Below are positions 59,869 through 64,000 of a stretch of DNA of 64,000 nt, one piece after another. Positions within the stretch are counted from its first letter, which is position 1. Each line of letters opens with the position of its first letter. Made by a program: the position numbers and the translations under genes. The DNA lies in the NCBI RefSeq assembly GCF_009914755.1, contig NC_060931.1; one strand, written 5' to 3'. The notes beneath the pieces were generated by a model that saw nothing but the letters and a program-made list of their open reading frames with translations, did no database searches and was not told where the DNA came from. The DNA comes from the human T2T-CHM13v2.0 reference genome, Homo sapiens.

Positions 59869-59935
59869 CCAGTGTTCTCGACATCACAGGCAGAGCAGAG
59901 CTCAAAACCAAGATGGACACACAATTTCCAATGAT
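59869..59935 (-). CDS. LMBR1: LMBR1 exon 15 (67 nt): IIGNCVSILVLSSALPVMSRTL
   Basis: ttctcataacag| acceptor, G|gtaagt donor, phases 0/1. Confidence 0.96.
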
Positions 59936-60520
59936 CTGTTATGAGAAACGAGAAAGAATATTGGGCAGTTAAACAGCAGGATGACAATCAAACCCAGTAA
60001 CATTCTGAGAAATTATTGTGCATTCTAGTTACCTAGTGTACTTTGCCGATTTCTTAATGATACTATTCAGTACAGAATTTTCAAAGAATAACACACTTTT
60101 AAAATAAATAAAGTTATATCTGTAAGTTCTAGAAGATGTTTACAGTACCTAGCACAGATATAGTTATAGAATACTTAAATTACTTGACACCTAGATAATG
60201 CACTTTACATTACTGATTGCAGCTGTTACTTTCAAAAGGCTCTGCCTGTCAAGCAAAAAATAATTAACATATTGGATACTTCTGACTACATTTTTAAGGC
60301 CAGATTATTGCTTAAGATCTCTTTTATCACATCTATTTCTAATGTTAATTGTAAGATTTAAAAAGCACCAGAAATCCAAAACCTCTAAACTTTTGTAATA
60401 ATGCATCCCATGTTTATTCTTCCATAGTAAATAAGAGGAGTTGAAAATATCAATTAATATTTATGATCACTTAAACTAGATACTAAATATCTCAACTACT
60501 TATTAAGTTTAAAGAAATAG

Positions 60521-60521
<1 letters not shown>

Positions 60522-60566
<45 letters not shown>
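60522..60566. repeat. (TG)22 microsatellite
   Basis: Read directly from the sequence. Confidence 0.97.
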
Positions 60567-60572
<6 letters not shown>

Positions 60573-61193
60573 ACTTCTCCCCTTTAAGTAGGCTAAAAAT
60601 ATAAAATAAAAACAAAACAAGCTTTCAGCTCTTACTAGTTATTCTTCTTTGTCAGCCTACGGGAATATTTTATAAAGATTCAGTCACTATATACGGCAAC
60701 AGCCTTTTTATTCTGAACCCAATGACATGTTGTGGAAAAAGTCAAATTAGCCTCAGACTACAAAATGTTTCTGAATAGAACTCTTCCGTCTTACTTTAAT
60801 TATTCAAATTTGAAATACTTTGTCCCTACTACTTGTAGCAACTAAGTTCTTCAGACTTCAAACAAGCTCCCTGAAGTACAGTTAGCACAATCCAAGTTAC
60901 TCATTAGCAATACGTTTTCTTTAGAGGAAAAAGAGTCCTTTCAGGAGCCTTCTATAGCTAGTTAACAAGCTCTGCAGTTCTCCGCATTTACAGTGAATGG
61001 ACGCCATCCAAATTAAACAGGGTACATCCCTTTCCCACTCACTCAGCATTTTGAAAATCTTCCAGTTTGTGTTTACGCAACTTACAAACAAATACCTATC
61101 ACTGCAAATGAACCATTCAGAATGACTATTAAATAAAGCAGTCTGTCAGGGAAGGCAAACGAGAGGCCACAGTCACCTAAGATTCTACCTTAC

Positions 61194-61284
61194 CTTTGTC
61201 ATAGTTGTGTCATCTTTCTTGGGAGTAAAGTTTCCAAAAAATCGAAGGCTATAGAAACCAACAACAGAGGACACCATAAGATAG
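61194..61284 (-). CDS. LMBR1: LMBR1 exon 14 (91 nt): YLMVSSVVGFYSLRFFGNFTPKKDDTTMTK
   Basis: ctcacag| acceptor, AAG|gtaagg donor, phases 2/0. Confidence 0.96.
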
Positions 61285-61522
61285 CTGTGAGAATCAAGGA
61301 AAAAAACTCTCCAACAGAATGCAAGTTTCCTAAGTTCTCGGCAGTCTCCAAAAAGTCTTAAGGCCCATAGGAAAAGCAAAACAAAAAGCCGCTTTAAGTG
61401 CTTGAGGAAGACTAACCTGTTGTTTTCTCTTCTAGACAAGTGTCTTAGTAAATAACTACTGCCCCAGAAAACTTGGTATAAAATTTGTGGATAGGCTGAA
61501 CGTTCAGTTAAAGAAAGGATAC
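61285..61522 (-). other. LMBR1: U12-type (minor spliceosome) GT-AG intron, 238 nt
   Basis: 5' splice site GTATCCTTT (61522-61514); branch box TTCCTTGAT (61301-61293) with the branch A 10 nt from the 3' end. Confidence 0.93.
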
Positions 61523-61596
61523 AAAATCAAAATGATTTCAAGCGCAGCTCCCACAAAACCAAACGTAGAAAGAGAGGCATTTCCTATTCCAGGCCC
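61523..61596 (-). CDS. LMBR1: LMBR1 exon 13 (74 nt): GPGIGNASLSTFGFVGAALEIILI(F)
   Basis: ctcccaccccag| acceptor; TT|gtatcctt donor; frame continuous with exons 12 and 14. Confidence 0.95.
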
Positions 61597-62452
61597 CTGG
61601 GGTGGGAGAAAGACACTTTTCAGAATTTGATGACACCATTATATTGGTTTCCCTAAAACAGCTGTTTCATAAAATAAGACAGTTGAAATTATGAATGTTT
61701 ACTACTTTGAAATAACATCTAGACTTTCAAAGGCCAACAAGACATGACATTAGACTGATTTCATCAACAAATTCAGGCACCATGTTAACAATTTTAATAA
61801 GCTCAAGAAAAATTACTTATCTCAAATGTAATTTAAGTTACTTGTCAAGATGACATGATTATGCTTACTGTTATAAAATGGGGCAACTTGCCACTTGAGG
61901 AAAAAAATCCTGAATAGTTTTGGGAAAGAGTTTTTAAAAACACAATAGAAAAATAAGAATAGGATACATAGCTATCTGAATGCTTACACAATATACAAAG
62001 ATTACACAATTCAAGTATGTCAAAATTAAGCTAAGAGTAGAAAGAGAGTAAATGTGCATATCCTGTTCCCATACCTGAAAGTTTCCTTTGCCCAAATTTT
62101 CCTTGGGAATTCAGAGTTACAAAGGATGTAACTGTTAACATAGATTTTTAAAAAAGTAATGCTATAAATTTTTTCCTAAACAATTATCCCTATCTCAAAA
62201 ACTATCTTTACCTAGAACTTAAAAAAAAAACACAAAAAAGTTACTATTTTTATAATTAGATCTGAAAAAATCATTCCCTACTGAAGTATTTTCAAAGATT
62301 ACTAATAAAAGAAACTATCTGAATGTTTTACTAGTCAGCACAGATTACATCTAATAGAAACACCAGGGATAATTAAGAATCTACAGTCAGCCCAATAAAA
62401 AATAACTTTTTGACAATCTTTTGAAGAAGAAATAAATGATGCTGGTAGAAAG

Positions 62453-62928
62453 TGATGGGGTTCAAGACACACTACTCCAAAATTTGGGACCTGGTATTTG
62501 AGAAAACCTAGGAAGGTCACACACTGATCTGTCTCCTTCTCCTGCGAAGCAGGCCATAAGACCCCCATCCAAGGGTGCCCCCCGCAACCCACCCAGAGGA
62601 GAAGCACATGTTTATCTCCGGAGACACGAGGACACTGAGAAGAATATGAACAGGCCTTGCTAAATCCCCCCGGTTTATAATCATTAGATCACACCCCTGT
62701 CTTCCAATCATACTTCCCACTACTGTCCACTCTTCAACAAACCAGAGCATAAAAGTACACAGCTTTTTCTGTTTCTTTGGTCTTCTTTATTTCTGAAGAC
62801 CCCTGTGATATGTAAAACTTATCTTAAATAAGTTTGTCAGCTTTTCTCTTATTAATCTTTTGTTATAGGCATCTCAGCCATGAACCTTCCAATAGGTTAG
62901 AAAAAGGTATTACTTCTTCTCCCCTACA
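62453..62928 (+). mobile_element. ERV1-class solo LTR (MER34/MER39/LTR47-like)
   Basis: TGATGGGGTTCAAGACACACTACTCCAAAAT...TTCTCCCCTACA with TG...CA termini. Confidence 0.75.
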
Positions 62929-63688
62929 GAAGCTTATTGATCAACAGAGATAATACTTTGGAATTATGCTATCTCAAGAGAAGCCATGTAGGAAGGATTA
63001 AGAGTATCTAATTTTTTTACACAATTATACAGGGATCTCCTATGACGTACAAGTCATTCTCCACTAAGCACTAAGGGGGATGGGTACAAAAATATACTAT
63101 AGGGCTTGGGACTTGTTTTGTTGGTATAGTAAAATGGGTTAAAAGTGACTAGGAAGTCAGTATAGTAAGCGACTTCCTGTTCTATCAGTGGGTTTGGGTA
63201 TAAAACTAAAGAAAAAGATAAGACTGTACATGGCAAAGGGTAGTTTCTTGTCTGTCTGTAGGATGAGGCACCTGGAGCATGATGGTGGGCTTGTACTCAT
63301 GGAGAAGAGGCTGTAAGTGAATACAACAATGGCAATAACAGATGGCACAAGGTCCTGGAAAGACTCAGGTGGGGGGATCTGAATCAAGACTATGGCTAAA
63401 GGAATTTCATATAGCTAAATGAATTTCAGTAAAATCAAGATAAACTCTGATAAGAAATCTAAAAGGAAATTCCAACACTTGAAAAAAGGCCCTGTCAATC
63501 CAAAGTAAAAAATTAGAAACAAAAATCACAGTTTATATTTTAAAGGCTCTTTGCATAAAGAAATTCATACAACTTGAAGTATATACATGCACAAAGGTGA
63601 ATGTTTTCATTTGCTTACTTGAAATACTCAGGGTATAGACATAGAATACTTTTGCAAAAGAAAGACATTTTAAAGGATTTTACTTTAC

Positions 63689-63766
63689 CCTTGTTCCTTT
63701 TGGCATTGCTGTTTCATCAACCAATAGGCAAAGAATATTACAAGCCACCAAGAGGACCGAGATGGA
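63689..63766 (-). CDS. LMBR1: LMBR1 exon 12 (78 nt): SISVLLVACNILCLLVDETAMPKGTR
   Basis: tgtcttgtag| acceptor, AGG|gtaaag donor, phase 0/0. Confidence 0.95.
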
Positions 63767-64000
63767 CTACAAGACAAACAGCAAACTGTCAGCTCTCAAG
63801 ATTTTTCACCAATACAAAATATTAAAATCTAGGTAACCAAATACACGTTTCAGAATAGAGGGAAAGCAGTCAAGACCAAAACGCTATATATAAAACTAAA
63901 GTAATCAGACTACAAACAAGAACTGAAGAAATTCTAAAAGATTCTGCAAGTTATTGTCATTTCAAAGCTTGTGACAAAAGCTGGTAGTATATAGATCCTT

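Noticed and set aside
61185-61439. 84-aa ORF as a standalone gene
   Set aside because: It is exon 14 with in-frame intronic extension on both sides

Overview
Primate, almost certainly human, genomic DNA from the RNF32/LMBR1 locus (7q36.3, within the SHH long-range regulatory domain). The + strand carries the last two coding exons and 3' UTR of RNF32 (C-terminal RING-H2). The - strand carries the last six coding exons of LMBR1 (12-17 in the usual 17-exon model, 185 codons plus stop, all splice phases consistent) and its long 3' UTR, tail-to-tail with RNF32. About 28-56 kb is a deeply nested stack of L1, Alu, THE1, MST and MER11 elements inside LMBR1 intron 15. Most notable: (1) a U12-type minor-spliceosome intron between LMBR1 exons 13 and 14; (2) an in-phase alternative LMBR1 last exon lying antisense inside an RNF32 intron, so the two genes could overlap; (3) two motif-dense unique segments whose positions fit the SHH enhancers MACS1 and SBE5; (4) atypical retrotransposon structures, including a 3'-truncated L1 and a twin-primed L1 without a TSD. 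I see no convincing wholly new biological system; most long ORFs in the track are repeat-derived. Repeat subfamily names, enhancer identities and exon numbers come from recall, not from searches.
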